From the IMG/VR virus record IMGVR_UViG_3300018080_000129, positions 39,501 through 103,500 of that record: DNA of 64,000 nt. One strand, 5' to 3'. Positions 28,857 through 37,976 of this stretch are shown in pieces. The notes under the pieces are model-generated. The model was given only the letters and a program-made list of their open reading frames with translations, made no database searches and was not told where the DNA came from. The position numbers were made by a program, and so were the translations under genes. Origin of the DNA: a virus. How positions within the stretch are numbered: position 1 is the stretch's first letter; each line of letters starts with the position of its first letter.

Positions 28857-29257
28857 CTTGTTTCTCCTAAAGGCAGAATAATGGAACCTCCGCGTTCTTC
28901 CTTAGGCTCCGGCAGCAGTAAAGAGTTCGGTTCCTCACAACGAGCCTTTGCCACTTTGATAACTCTCTCATCCTTGCAACCCATGAGAATCTTGCCCAAA
29001 TCCTCAATAGGTGCCTTCTCAGCCACCACCAGATGATGGCCGGTACGAGCACTCTCTGGTAAAAAATCCTTGTAGTGCTCTGGCGGCAGATGATAATCTT
29101 GTATCATGTCCCAAAAGTCAGCGGCTTCACGAGCCTCTTCTGGAGAAAACTCCTGTCCTCTTACTTCCTTCCAAGCACCCGCGCCTGTAAGATTCTGCAA
29201 TCTCTTTTTGACCTCTTCCTCGATTTGCTGTTGCCGAGAAGGTTGAGACTGGCTCAT
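28841..29257 (-). CDS. hypothetical protein
   Basis: ORF with RBS. Confidence 0.6.
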   Translation of the reverse strand: MSQSQPSRQQQIEEEVKKRLQNLTGAGAWKEVRGQEFSPEEAREAADFWDMIQDYHLPPEHYKDFLPESARTGHHLVVAEKAPIEDLGKILMGCKDERVIKVAKARCEEPNSLLLPEPKEERGGSIILPLGETRCQSK

Positions 29258-29730
29258 GCTTTCTCCTTGAAAAACATCCGGCTCATAATCCGATTCTCGC
29301 CAAACCTGTCCTCAACGAGATATTTGTCATTGAAATGGGGCTGGCCCAAGTATTCACAGTCCACGTCAAAATACTCTTCAAGACCTTGGTTACAAACACA
29401 GATAAGTGCTCTCTGAAGGTTGTTGCGTCCGCGTTTCACAGGCACATGCAGCGACTCGAATGTCTTGCCTTTCTCCTTGCAGAGCCATTCGTATGCCTTA
29501 TCTTTGGCCTTCCATCTGAGTTTGCAAAAGACGCGCTTCCGCACCTTCCATCTCTTACCCCAAAGAGATAAAATGAAAGCTACATATTTTCCATTGCTGC
29601 ATTTCTCAGTTGTGTAGCAGTAATGTTTCTTGCCACTATAGGAGTGCCAGTAACGCCACGCTGGAAGAAAGCCAACATCACAAAAGCCTTCCCGAACTGC
29701 CTGATTCGTTGTATTAAATGCGTCTTTCAT
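29254..29730 (-). CDS. hypothetical protein
   Basis: ORF after a terminator. Confidence 0.6.
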   Translation of the reverse strand: MKDAFNTTNQAVREGFCDVGFLPAWRYWHSYSGKKHYCYTTEKCSNGKYVAFILSLWGKRWKVRKRVFCKLRWKAKDKAYEWLCKEKGKTFESLHVPVKRGRNNLQRALICVCNQGLEEYFDVDCEYLGQPHFNDKYLVEDRFGENRIMSRMFFKEKA

Positions 29731-29773
29731 ACCCCTTTATACGTCATCCGCGAAGATTTTCAGCGGAAAAAAT

Positions 29774-29800
29774 AAAAAAAAGCCGTCTCGAAGGACGGCT
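29774..29800 (-). terminator. intrinsic terminator
   Basis: AGCCGTC-CTTCGA-GACGGCT followed by a T run. Confidence 0.7.
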
Positions 29801-29823
29801 TTAATTTCTTGAAATATAGATAC

Positions 29824-30363
29824 TTACAGCATAGAACTATCCTGAGGGATGATTTCCTTGTTGCTCTCTATCCTCGGTAATCCAAGCGCATCGGCAAATT
29901 CTTCAACCGGAGTCTGCCCCTTGATGAAAACCTCCGCTCCAGGGATTCTTCGCGGAAGTTCCCGCGCCTTATTGATGTGACCTGTCGAAACGATGAATGG
30001 AACCTCCCGACAGTTTGTTCTTATCCAGTCAATCAAGTTCTCGCCACTCTCCCCGTTCTCCAAGCTCAAGTCTATGATAATGACACGAATGTCATCTTTG
30101 CCGCGCCTTTCAATTTCCTTCTTGGCCTCTTCGATAGTGTCAACCGCAACGACAGGAATGTCGGCATGTCTCGATTTCAGCAGATACTCCAATATTGTGA
30201 CCTGCTTTGGTTCGTCATCAACAAACAGTATGATACCTTTTCGTTTTAGTATCTTGTACCGCCTTGACTTTCTGAAGTAATTTTGAAGCTGCCGATTGGC
30301 CTCGACCATCATCTCTCCAGCCCTAAAAAGATTTGTATCTTCCGCTTTCATTTTCGGATTCAT
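29824..30363 (-). CDS. response regulator receiver-domain protein
   Basis: ILFVDDE, IIIDLSL, IVSTG, FIKG. Confidence 0.8.
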   Translation of the reverse strand: MNPKMKAEDTNLFRAGEMMVEANRQLQNYFRKSRRYKILKRKGIILFVDDEPKQVTILEYLLKSRHADIPVVAVDTIEEAKKEIERRGKDDIRVIIIDLSLENGESGENLIDWIRTNCREVPFIVSTGHINKARELPRRIPGAEVFIKGQTPVEEFADALGLPRIESNKEIIPQDSSML

Positions 30364-30367
30364 TTTC

Positions 30368-30736
30368 TCACTCCTTTTCAGGAAGACGTGCATATTTACA
30401 TGCAAGAATCGTCTTATCCATTTCCCTCATTATCCTCTGAGCGTCCTCAAAGACCTTCTGAGCCTCCACACTGGTCTTCGTCATCTCTTCAATCACTTCT
30501 CCGTTATCGCGAAAGAGAGCAATAAACTGCTCGTGTCTCTCTTCCAGCAGTTTTCCGTAAGATGCGCTCTGTGTCCTCAACTCCGTTGTGAATTTCTCCA
30601 CAAGCTTGTCATACTTTCTCGACGAATGAATGTAAAGGGCTACCAGCAATACAAAGAGTATGCCGCAAACACCATACATTCCATAAACTTCGAGAAGTTT
30701 TGAAACAGGAATCACGGCCTCTGTTATGTCAGGCAT
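30368..30736 (-). CDS. single-TM + coiled-coil protein (BhlA-like holin candidate)
   Basis: YGMYGVCGILFVLLVALYI followed by a coiled coil. Confidence 0.45.
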   Translation of the reverse strand: MPDITEAVIPVSKLLEVYGMYGVCGILFVLLVALYIHSSRKYDKLVEKFTTELRTQSASYGKLLEERHEQFIALFRDNGEVIEEMTKTSVEAQKVFEDAQRIMREMDKTILACKYARLPEKE

Positions 30737-30737
30737 T

Positions 30738-31097
30738 TTATTTTCCTTTCTCGCTCAACAGTTGCTTAATTCTCTCAATGAGGTCAAAGAGGTCAAAAGG
30801 TTTCACAATCCTTTCTTCGTGTCGAATATCTTCCGGCACTGTATCGACTGCCGTAAGAAAAATCTTAACAGGAACCGAAGGCAACCTGTCCAATTCCCTT
30901 GCAAAATCATTTCCCAACATCTTCGGCATGAGCAAATCAATGAGAGCCAAATCAAATGGCTCTTTCTGATGCTCTGTAAGAGCTTTATATCCATCATCCG
31001 TGTCAAAAACATCGTAGCCTTTGAGCCTCAACGCTCTGGCTACAATTGCACGATACTTATCTTCGTCGTCAACAAATACGATGCGTGGCTGTTTCAT
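30738..31097 (-). CDS. single-domain response regulator (CheY-like)
   Basis: VFVDDE, DLALIDLLMPKMLG, IFLTA, KPF. Confidence 0.9.
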   Translation of the reverse strand: MKQPRIVFVDDEDKYRAIVARALRLKGYDVFDTDDGYKALTEHQKEPFDLALIDLLMPKMLGNDFARELDRLPSVPVKIFLTAVDTVPEDIRHEERIVKPFDLFDLIERIKQLLSEKGK

Positions 31098-32806
31098 TGC
31101 TGTTTCTGCTTGAGAAGAGATACAATTTTCTCGAACAAATCAAAGAGGTCAAATGGCTTATACATCTTTTCATCACAAGGAAGACCAATCAATTCTTTGC
31201 TTTCCAAGGCTCCCGTGATGACTATTTTTGCGGGAGGATTTGGCAAATTGTTCAGCCTCTTTATGACTTCTTGCCCTGACATTTTGGGCATTGCCAAATC
31301 GACTATTACCAAATCAAACGGCCTCTTGCCGTGCTCTACCAAAGCCTTTTGACCATCATCCGTGACGAAAACATCAAAACCCTTCTGCTCCAACACCATA
31401 GCAATGAGATGCCGAACATCCTCTTCATCATCAGCAATGAGTATCCGCTGCCCATGCCCTTTGAACCTCGCATCATTCAAAAGCCTCTCTCTAAAAACAG
31501 CCTCGGACATCTCAGTTTTCGGAAGCCATATCGTGAAGGATGTTCCTTTGCCCACTTCGCTTACTACTTCTATTTGCCCGTCGTGATGCTTTGTCACAAT
31601 CGTATGAATGACCGCCAGACCCAAGCCTGCTCCGCTTACCTTCGCCTGTTCCTTGTTTCGGGCATAAACTCCTTTTGTCGAGAAAAAGGGTGTGAAAAGA
31701 TGCGGAATATCTTCCTTGGGAATTCCACAACCTGTATCCGTAATTCTGATAAATGCCTTGTCCTCTGTCTCGCCTGTCTCAATAGTAACAAGCTTCTCTT
31801 CTGAATTTATCATAGCATGTTTGGCATTGATAATCAAGTTCACTATCACATGAGAAATCTTCGACGTATTCGCCTTCGCACATGCTTGCTTCATCCGGTA
31901 ATCGACATTGATGTGATTCAGAGAAAGTTCCTTCTTCATCATGTTCATCACTTCAAGCACAAGGTCTGAAAGCATGACTGCCCGCAAGTCATTCTTCGCT
32001 TCACTCGTGAACGTCAGCAAATCCTTCGTGATATTCGCTCCCCTCTCGATAGCCTTCTGAACAATTCTCAATTGCTCTGCAACCTGTGCATCCACTAAAC
32101 CCGGTGTTGCCAGAATGATGTCAATATGACCTTTCGTAATAGCATTGATATTGTTGAACTCGTGAGCTACACCGGCAGAAAGAATGCCCACAGCCGCAAG
32201 CCGCTCGTTTCTTATCATTGTCTCTTCTGCTTCTTTCCTCTGTGTAATGTCTACCATCGTTTCTATCAAGGAAGTCCTGCCTTCTTCGAGTTCGACTCTC
32301 ACTGCGCTTTTCAAGAGACAGACAACGCTGCCGTCAGCCCGAACAATTTGCTGCTCGAAGGCTTCCATCTCTCCATGATTGCCATTTTGATAGTAAGGAC
32401 AAGAATCCTCACTTTTGCAGAATTCACTGCATTGAGAGTGCAACAGTTCGTCTTCCGACACTCCCAACATCTTGCAGGCTGCCGGATTTGCAAAAAGAAC
32501 CGTTTTGTTCCTATCGTCAATAATCATAATGCCCGCCGACAAAGAGTCAAGCGTAAGATGGATTCTCCTATCCTTACTGGAAATCAGATTCTTTATGAAA
32601 CGGGAAAGAATCAAAGTATCGGAATCCCTTTTGGCAGAGACAGAACGTATTCTTGTGAAAAGCCAGAAACTGATGGCACTCCAGAAAACAAAACAAAGCA
32701 ACGCATAGGAAGGATGACAGGTATGAATAGCCAAACCTCCCAAGAAGAGCGTAAACAGTGCAAAATAAGCGAGATAAAGTCGTTTCATAATACATACCAT
32801 TGTCAA
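31094..32806 (-). CDS. hybrid sensor histidine kinase (TM-PAS-HisKA-HATPase-REC)
   Basis: 2 TM; PAS (FANPAACKMLG...DITQRK); H box AGVAHEFNN; N box NLIINAKHA; G1 DTGCGI; F box PFFSTK; G2 GAGLGL; C-terminal REC. Confidence 0.92.
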   Translation of the reverse strand: MTMVCIMKRLYLAYFALFTLFLGGLAIHTCHPSYALLCFVFWSAISFWLFTRIRSVSAKRDSDTLILSRFIKNLISSKDRRIHLTLDSLSAGIMIIDDRNKTVLFANPAACKMLGVSEDELLHSQCSEFCKSEDSCPYYQNGNHGEMEAFEQQIVRADGSVVCLLKSAVRVELEEGRTSLIETMVDITQRKEAEETMIRNERLAAVGILSAGVAHEFNNINAITKGHIDIILATPGLVDAQVAEQLRIVQKAIERGANITKDLLTFTSEAKNDLRAVMLSDLVLEVMNMMKKELSLNHINVDYRMKQACAKANTSKISHVIVNLIINAKHAMINSEEKLVTIETGETEDKAFIRITDTGCGIPKEDIPHLFTPFFSTKGVYARNKEQAKVSGAGLGLAVIHTIVTKHHDGQIEVVSEVGKGTSFTIWLPKTEMSEAVFRERLLNDARFKGHGQRILIADDEEDVRHLIAMVLEQKGFDVFVTDDGQKALVEHGKRPFDLVIVDLAMPKMSGQEVIKRLNNLPNPPAKIVITGALESKELIGLPCDEKMYKPFDLFDLFEKIVSLLKQKQQ

Positions 32807-32821
32807 TATATCTTCCCACTT

Positions 32822-32845
32822 TATAAGGGAATTATCAAGAAAATG
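32822..32845 (-). promoter_or_regulatory. putative phage late promoter (motif copy)
   Basis: CATTTTCTTGATAATTCCCTTATA just upstream of the kinase, after a hairpin. Confidence 0.5.
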
Positions 32846-32914
32846 TAAATGTAAAGGCCCTCTCCAGCATAGCCAGAAAGGGCCTTAACTTGTTGAACGA
32901 AAATGATTTGGTTC

Positions 32915-34033
32915 CTACCCTGTCGGAAGTCCTTTCAAGAAGCCGTCAGCATCACTCTCCAAAAGCTTCACGCCGCCTTCCTTGACAATCCTCTTAAACT
33001 GTTTCCTGAAGACGAAATAGAGCCTGATAACCGCCGATTCTTTCTCTTGCCATCCGTCCAGACCAAGACTATCGGTCTCCAATTCCTGCCTGATTTCAGC
33101 ACCGGCTCCAACAGAAACCGTTTCGCTCTTCGTTTCCTCTGCTGGCTCTTCCATAGAAGAAAGGTCAGCATTGGAGGCATAGACCTGTACTGAATCCTCA
33201 GGAACGCCACCTGCTGACATGCCTCGAATGCCGCTAAGCGAAGAACAGAATATCTGACCCGGTTCCATAGTCGAATTCCACAAGGGAACTTCTCCAGCCG
33301 ATGTACTATCTGTAAGAGAAGCTCCTTTCTTCCAACCAATTTTCTTTGAAACTCCTGCAATCAAATCGCTCCCATAACTACTCTTATAAGTTGCGTAACC
33401 TCTGAGAATAGTCTTCGGTGGAGTGCGCGGGTTCTTCGGCCTGAAAAAAGCAAAACCAAAAGCAGGCACCGTATTCTCTTTGCCGATAACCAGACTGGCA
33501 ATGTCTCTCTCATCTTCATCAGTAAAGAAAAACTGCCTTACCTTGCCATCTGGCTGCCTGAATCCGTCCCACCAGAGCGTATTCGGGTGGCAGACATAGT
33601 TCTGTGGAGGCCATTCGTAGCCACACTCTTCACAAAGACGAGCATGAGAAAAAGGTTTGCCGTGAACAGGGCACTTATCCGCGAACTGCTGAAGCTGCAT
33701 TCCTTCCAACTTCATTCCCGTAATAGGGTTCATGCCTTTGCAGGAAGGCACTACAGCCACATTGTAAGCGTCATTCATTGTCCAGTCAAACCAAAGACCT
33801 TGATTCACTGCTGCTGGTACAACATAAGTTCCCGCCTCTCGAATCCAATCCTTTGGTGCCGCTGGCAAAGCAGCAATCGGAAAAACAGGAATGGGCATAC
33901 CGGGAGGTAGCACATGAGCATTACCTGTGTCCTTAAGCCGTTCTGCGCACATCAATCGAGCTTTGAAACCCGCATGTTCCATTACTTCTACAAATCCTTT
34001 ATCCTTCGTGATTTCTCTTGCATACGAAATCAT
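32915..34033 (-). CDS. hypothetical protein with Zn-binding insert
   Basis: 372 aa; CPVH...CEECG. Confidence 0.7.
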   Translation of the reverse strand: MISYAREITKDKGFVEVMEHAGFKARLMCAERLKDTGNAHVLPPGMPIPVFPIAALPAAPKDWIREAGTYVVPAAVNQGLWFDWTMNDAYNVAVVPSCKGMNPITGMKLEGMQLQQFADKCPVHGKPFSHARLCEECGYEWPPQNYVCHPNTLWWDGFRQPDGKVRQFFFTDEDERDIASLVIGKENTVPAFGFAFFRPKNPRTPPKTILRGYATYKSSYGSDLIAGVSKKIGWKKGASLTDSTSAGEVPLWNSTMEPGQIFCSSLSGIRGMSAGGVPEDSVQVYASNADLSSMEEPAEETKSETVSVGAGAEIRQELETDSLGLDGWQEKESAVIRLYFVFRKQFKRIVKEGGVKLLESDADGFLKGLPTG

Positions 34034-34572
34034 AATTTATTCCTTTCGTTATGAAAAACAATTAGTCTGCAAAATTCAACTAATTGTTCATCTGTGTAAA
34101 TATTCTTAGCCTGATTCACAAAATGCCAAACCAATCTAACATTACCAAGATGATAACCTTTCAAACTATCTATCCTATCAATGGACGGTTTATTGTAAGC
34201 CCTTGAATTGGCAGTATAGTCCATTGGCTGTCCTGTCATTGCACACAAACCCTTTTGCTTGTTCCATAGGCTTATAACATCCTCTTTCGTCAAATTACAC
34301 TCGTATCTCTTTCTACAACCTATCAGAATAACGCTTAACCATCCCTTGAATGTCTTTGTCCATTTCTTATTCCACTTTCGATGATTTTCGTATTCTTTAC
34401 TACCTTTCGGTCTTTTAATGGGTCTGGAAGGATATAATTCTCTTTGTCTCACATTATAACAACTTCTACATTTTGCTCCAAGACCATCCCTATTTCGAGG
34501 GTCTTTTGTAAATAAATCTGCGGACTTTGCAATTCCACATTTCTTGCATATCTTGGTAATGATAGGTGCCAT
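34030..34572 (-). CDS. HNH-like homing endonuclease
   Basis: CKKC...CRSC, then CAMTG...SIDRIDS.KGY..GNVRLV...VN.AK. AT-rich relative to its flanks. Confidence 0.75.
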   Translation of the reverse strand: MAPIITKICKKCGIAKSADLFTKDPRNRDGLGAKCRSCYNVRQRELYPSRPIKRPKGSKEYENHRKWNKKWTKTFKGWLSVILIGCRKRYECNLTKEDVISLWNKQKGLCAMTGQPMDYTANSRAYNKPSIDRIDSLKGYHLGNVRLVWHFVNQAKNIYTDEQLVEFCRLIVFHNERNKL

Positions 34573-34635
34573 CTTTCCTGACCTTTTTTCAAAAAGGAGG
34601 GAGAAGTTTTGAGGCTCCTCCCCCAATCTCATCTC

Positions 34636-35610
34636 TTAGTACCGTCTGCTGCCAGGACGCATCGGGTCGGAAGAACCCGATTCATCCACAGACGTGCGAA
34701 GCTTGAGGCTCGGAAGATTATCTTCCGATTTCAATTCCTCGAAGCGCAAAGCCACCTTTGGATAATCCTCTTTGAGTCCCTGAATCCCATACTGCCTTGC
34801 GTCGTTGATGAATTGGCGCAGATAGGCACCATTGGGAACTTCTCCAGCCTGCTCAACCAAACGAGCGAACTGGAGCACTTCATAGTTGGATATATCCCAA
34901 ACATGACCGCACTCATCGCAATAGCCGTCAATCAGAATGACATCTGGATGAAAAGGACAGCGGAACAGAACCAAAGAAGGAAAGTGACCAGCCTTGTAGA
35001 GTCTTTTCAGGCAGTCACCCACCTTGTAATGAACAGGAGGTTTCCCACGACGAGCATACTTCAACATGCTCAAACTGGCACCCACATCAACGATGCCTTC
35101 TTGCTCGTTCTGGAAAATGATGAACGCAGCACCTTTAGCCCGTTTGTCCAGAGCATCTACAATGCTGGTATCACATACAGGATTGTAAGCTTCAAGCAGT
35201 TCCTTGTCACTCCATTGACCGATAGGACGCTGTGCCTGAATCGCCTCAGCCACCTTGTCCATCGCTGTCTTTGGAGTTTCTTCCCTGCCTTCCTTGCCTT
35301 TGAGAATCGCCCAAATCGCCGCAAAACGGGCTTCGGGAATCTTCGGGTCGCCATCTTCGCAAAAATACTTTCTGGCTGTTCCTTCCTTCGTCGAGTCAGA
35401 AACCAGAAGCTCATGGCTCACATCATCCTGATAAATGCCGAGTTGTGAAAGCCTGTCCCAAATGAGTGTCACGGAATATGCCTCAACGGTCATTACCTTT
35501 TCACCTGACAATCCAGCAGCACATTCTTGCACTTGCGGCACGGCTTCAAGAAGTTTTGCGGCTTCAATGACTTTGGAAACGAGAGCTTCAGAAGTGAGAT
35601 TCGTAGACAT
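34636..35610 (-). CDS. hypothetical protein with Zn ribbon
   Basis: Start after AAAGGAG; CPFH...CDEC. Confidence 0.7.
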   Translation of the reverse strand: MSTNLTSEALVSKVIEAAKLLEAVPQVQECAAGLSGEKVMTVEAYSVTLIWDRLSQLGIYQDDVSHELLVSDSTKEGTARKYFCEDGDPKIPEARFAAIWAILKGKEGREETPKTAMDKVAEAIQAQRPIGQWSDKELLEAYNPVCDTSIVDALDKRAKGAAFIIFQNEQEGIVDVGASLSMLKYARRGKPPVHYKVGDCLKRLYKAGHFPSLVLFRCPFHPDVILIDGYCDECGHVWDISNYEVLQFARLVEQAGEVPNGAYLRQFINDARQYGIQGLKEDYPKVALRFEELKSEDNLPSLKLRTSVDESGSSDPMRPGSRRY

Positions 35611-35785
35611 GATACATACTCCTTTCACGCACTGTTTGTTTTGGCCTCCCCATTCTCCGACCCACAATGGTCAGGAAGGTTCAGCCAAACAGTTTTGCCA
35701 CGTCAAGGCTGTGGCTACGCCTGCATACAAATCTTGTCCAACGGTTTCTCGATAAGCAGCCTCCTTTCTATTAAAGTTCAAACTC

Positions 35786-35813
35786 ATTATACCCTGCAAA
35801 CGACAAATGTCAA
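35786..35813 (-). promoter_or_regulatory. sigma70-type promoter
   Basis: TTGACA-16 nt-TATAAT. Confidence 0.7.
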
Positions 35814-35834
35814 GAACTTTGTTGACAAAATTCC

Positions 35835-35866
35835 AAAAAAATTCCCGCCCATTTCTGAGCGGGAAT
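35835..35866 (-). terminator. intrinsic terminator after TROVE gene
   Basis: ATTCCCGCTCAGAAATGGGCGGGAAT followed by a T run. Confidence 0.75.
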
Positions 35867-35885
35867 CACCGGCAACAGCGTATTT

Positions 35886-37685
35886 TTAGAACTTCTGGCG
35901 AATCTGCTCGATGGTGGGAATCTCTTCCTCAGCCATCACGCCTTCGGTCTGCAACAGCATTTGGATGATTTTCTCGCTGAAACCTCCAACGAGATTGACC
36001 TTCTCCTTCTTTTCATCTACAATACTGTCACCATAACCATGCAGATTGACAGAGTGCAGCCACGTATTGGCAGACTGCTTGCTTCTTTTGTAACGCTGCC
36101 ATGCGTCTGCCACATTGCTGCTGCTGCCACCATACCCATAACCATAACCGTCCGTCCAGCACTGCATATCGCTGAGCAGAATAATTCGGTCAGGATGCGC
36201 ATTCTTCCTAATCAAATACTCAAAGCAAAGATGTCCATTCGTGCTGCATCCATTCGTATTGGCATTCGCCAGCTTCTTTACCATCTCCATCACGCTCGTG
36301 CGCTTCGTGTAGGAAACAGGCGCAACAGCCGTGGCGAATGCGGCCACAATGGACTTCTCCGAACGCTTCGCACAAATTGCCGCCAGTGTGTTCGCAGCGT
36401 TCTTGCAGGACATCTTGCTTCTGTCTGACACAGCAGACTCCATCGAGCCACTGTTATCCGCGAAGACTGCGGTCTCGCCAGTCAGAAAAGGCACGTTCTC
36501 GCAAGCCGCCTCAGCCGCATCCTCGATGGCTTCCAGCACAGTCTTCAGCTTGGAGTCATCAATCGTTTCCCGCTCATCCTCATAGCCGTAACCGTAGCCA
36601 TGCTGAGAGCCAAAACCCTGAAGCATCTCGTAAGCCATCGTGAAACGGAAAGGCAATTGCTTGCTCCGCAGCACTTCTTCCTTGTCCGACAACTTCTTCG
36701 CCACAGCGTCGATGACTTTGGAACTTACATCTGTTTTCATCAAGTTCCGCAGATTCCGCAAAAGGGCCATATACCCGACCAGATTCTTCTCAATCAGGTA
36801 TTCCCATACTTCGCGCTTGGTTTTGTCATCGCGGCCAAACTGAGAAAGCACAACTTCCCAATTCGCCAATGACTTCGCAACAAGCTCCTTGGCCTTTTTG
36901 TCGAATTTCTCCTGCTTCGTCATTTCCCTACGAGCGAAAGCGACAGGAGTTCCCTCTTCGTCCACTTCGCCTTTGATGAAATACTTGCAAACCGCATCAG
37001 GAAGAGGATAATCCTTCTTTCTCTTCCTCACAAGCCGGAGTACATCCTTGAAAGTAGGATAGCCAGGGCTATCATACTTCATCAGGCCGCGCTCATTGAA
37101 CTTGTGAAGAGCGTCTCCAATTCCACGGCTCAAGCAGTTCTTGAGGCTCTTGCTGCCAAAGAAATACTTGTGCAGGGCCACGACCGTCTTGACCTCATCA
37201 GGACGCCGGATAATTTTCGTAGCATACTGGCGCACATACTCCTGACAATTCTCATGGGCCGAAGCCAGCACGAGAAGAACTTGAGGAGTGAGACGAATGT
37301 TCATCTCATTGCGCAGCCAGTTCGCGATTGCCAGCGCGTCACGGGGATTCTCCGTACCCATGATGTCTACCGCCGTAGCGATAACTTCCTGAGCCACGTC
37401 GTCCAAATCACCAGCATCGACAAACTTGGCCTTTTCCCTGACAATGCGCAGCCTCTCAGCCAACTTGGAGTATTTTCCAGCCGCCCCCCTCTTCGCCACA
37501 ACGGAATCACCATTGTAGTATCGAGGTTCGGAAAAAAAGGAGCCTCCCGTCATGGTAATCAGCTTCGTAGCAGGGCACTGAATCTCAAAAGCCACACCGC
37601 CTGCCCTGTTGACTGTGGCATTCGCAGCCTTCGAAGCTTTGTTCTTACCAACTCTCGACTTTAGTTTCTTCTTCATTGTTCCCAT
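35886..37685 (-). CDS. TROVE-domain RNA-binding protein (Ro60/Rsr-like) with vWA domain
   Basis: VNRAGGVAF, LRNEMNIR, IIRRPDE, GYMALLRNLRN, SKQLPFRF, MIDAS DNSGSM, IILLSDMQ, VNLHGYG, GFSEK. Confidence 0.9.
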   Translation of the reverse strand: MGTMKKKLKSRVGKNKASKAANATVNRAGGVAFEIQCPATKLITMTGGSFFSEPRYYNGDSVVAKRGAAGKYSKLAERLRIVREKAKFVDAGDLDDVAQEVIATAVDIMGTENPRDALAIANWLRNEMNIRLTPQVLLVLASAHENCQEYVRQYATKIIRRPDEVKTVVALHKYFFGSKSLKNCLSRGIGDALHKFNERGLMKYDSPGYPTFKDVLRLVRKRKKDYPLPDAVCKYFIKGEVDEEGTPVAFARREMTKQEKFDKKAKELVAKSLANWEVVLSQFGRDDKTKREVWEYLIEKNLVGYMALLRNLRNLMKTDVSSKVIDAVAKKLSDKEEVLRSKQLPFRFTMAYEMLQGFGSQHGYGYGYEDERETIDDSKLKTVLEAIEDAAEAACENVPFLTGETAVFADNSGSMESAVSDRSKMSCKNAANTLAAICAKRSEKSIVAAFATAVAPVSYTKRTSVMEMVKKLANANTNGCSTNGHLCFEYLIRKNAHPDRIILLSDMQCWTDGYGYGYGGSSSNVADAWQRYKRSKQSANTWLHSVNLHGYGDSIVDEKKEKVNLVGGFSEKIIQMLLQTEGVMAEEEIPTIEQIRQKF

Positions 37686-37727
37686 GACTGTCCTCCTTTC
37701 ATCTCATCTCTGGCTATAGTGCCTTCC

Positions 37728-37763
37728 AAAAAAAAATGGGAAACACTCAGAGAATGCTTCCCA
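37728..37763 (-). terminator. intrinsic terminator inside the TROVE 5' leader
   Basis: TGGGAAGCATTC-TCT-GAGTGTTTCCCA followed by T9. Confidence 0.8.
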
Positions 37764-37813
37764 CTGCGTCCCGCCAGCAGACAGAATCTAATGGCGGCAA
37801 TGAAAAGAAATCT

Positions 37814-37881
37814 GAGTACCAATAAGCGCAGTAGCGGTTTCTTTCTCTATGATAGAAGTATGCCACTGCTGGAGCGTACTC
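37814..37881 (-). ncRNA. Y-RNA-like motif, copy in TROVE leader
   Basis: GAGTAC-GCTCCA-GCAGTGGC-ATACTTC...GCTACTGC-GCTTATTG-GTACTC; same scaffold as the three copies at 51874-52439. Confidence 0.7.
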
Positions 37882-37912
37882 TTTTCAATCCACACACTTT
37901 TATAAGTGCGAC
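37882..37912 (-). CRISPR. solitary type I-C-like CRISPR repeat
   Basis: GTCGCACTTATAAAAGTGTGTGGATTGAAAA: 5' GTCGCAC, hairpin, 3' GTGGATTGAAA. Confidence 0.65.
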
Positions 37913-37928
37913 TCTATATTAACGTAAT

Positions 37929-37956
37929 ATTATACAGCAGAGTTCGAACTTTTCAA
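37929..37956 (-). promoter_or_regulatory. sigma70-type promoter
   Basis: TTGAAA-16 nt-TATAAT; predicted start about 10 nt before the repeat. Confidence 0.6.
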
Positions 37957-37976
37957 CAGAAAAAAATCTCTTTTTA

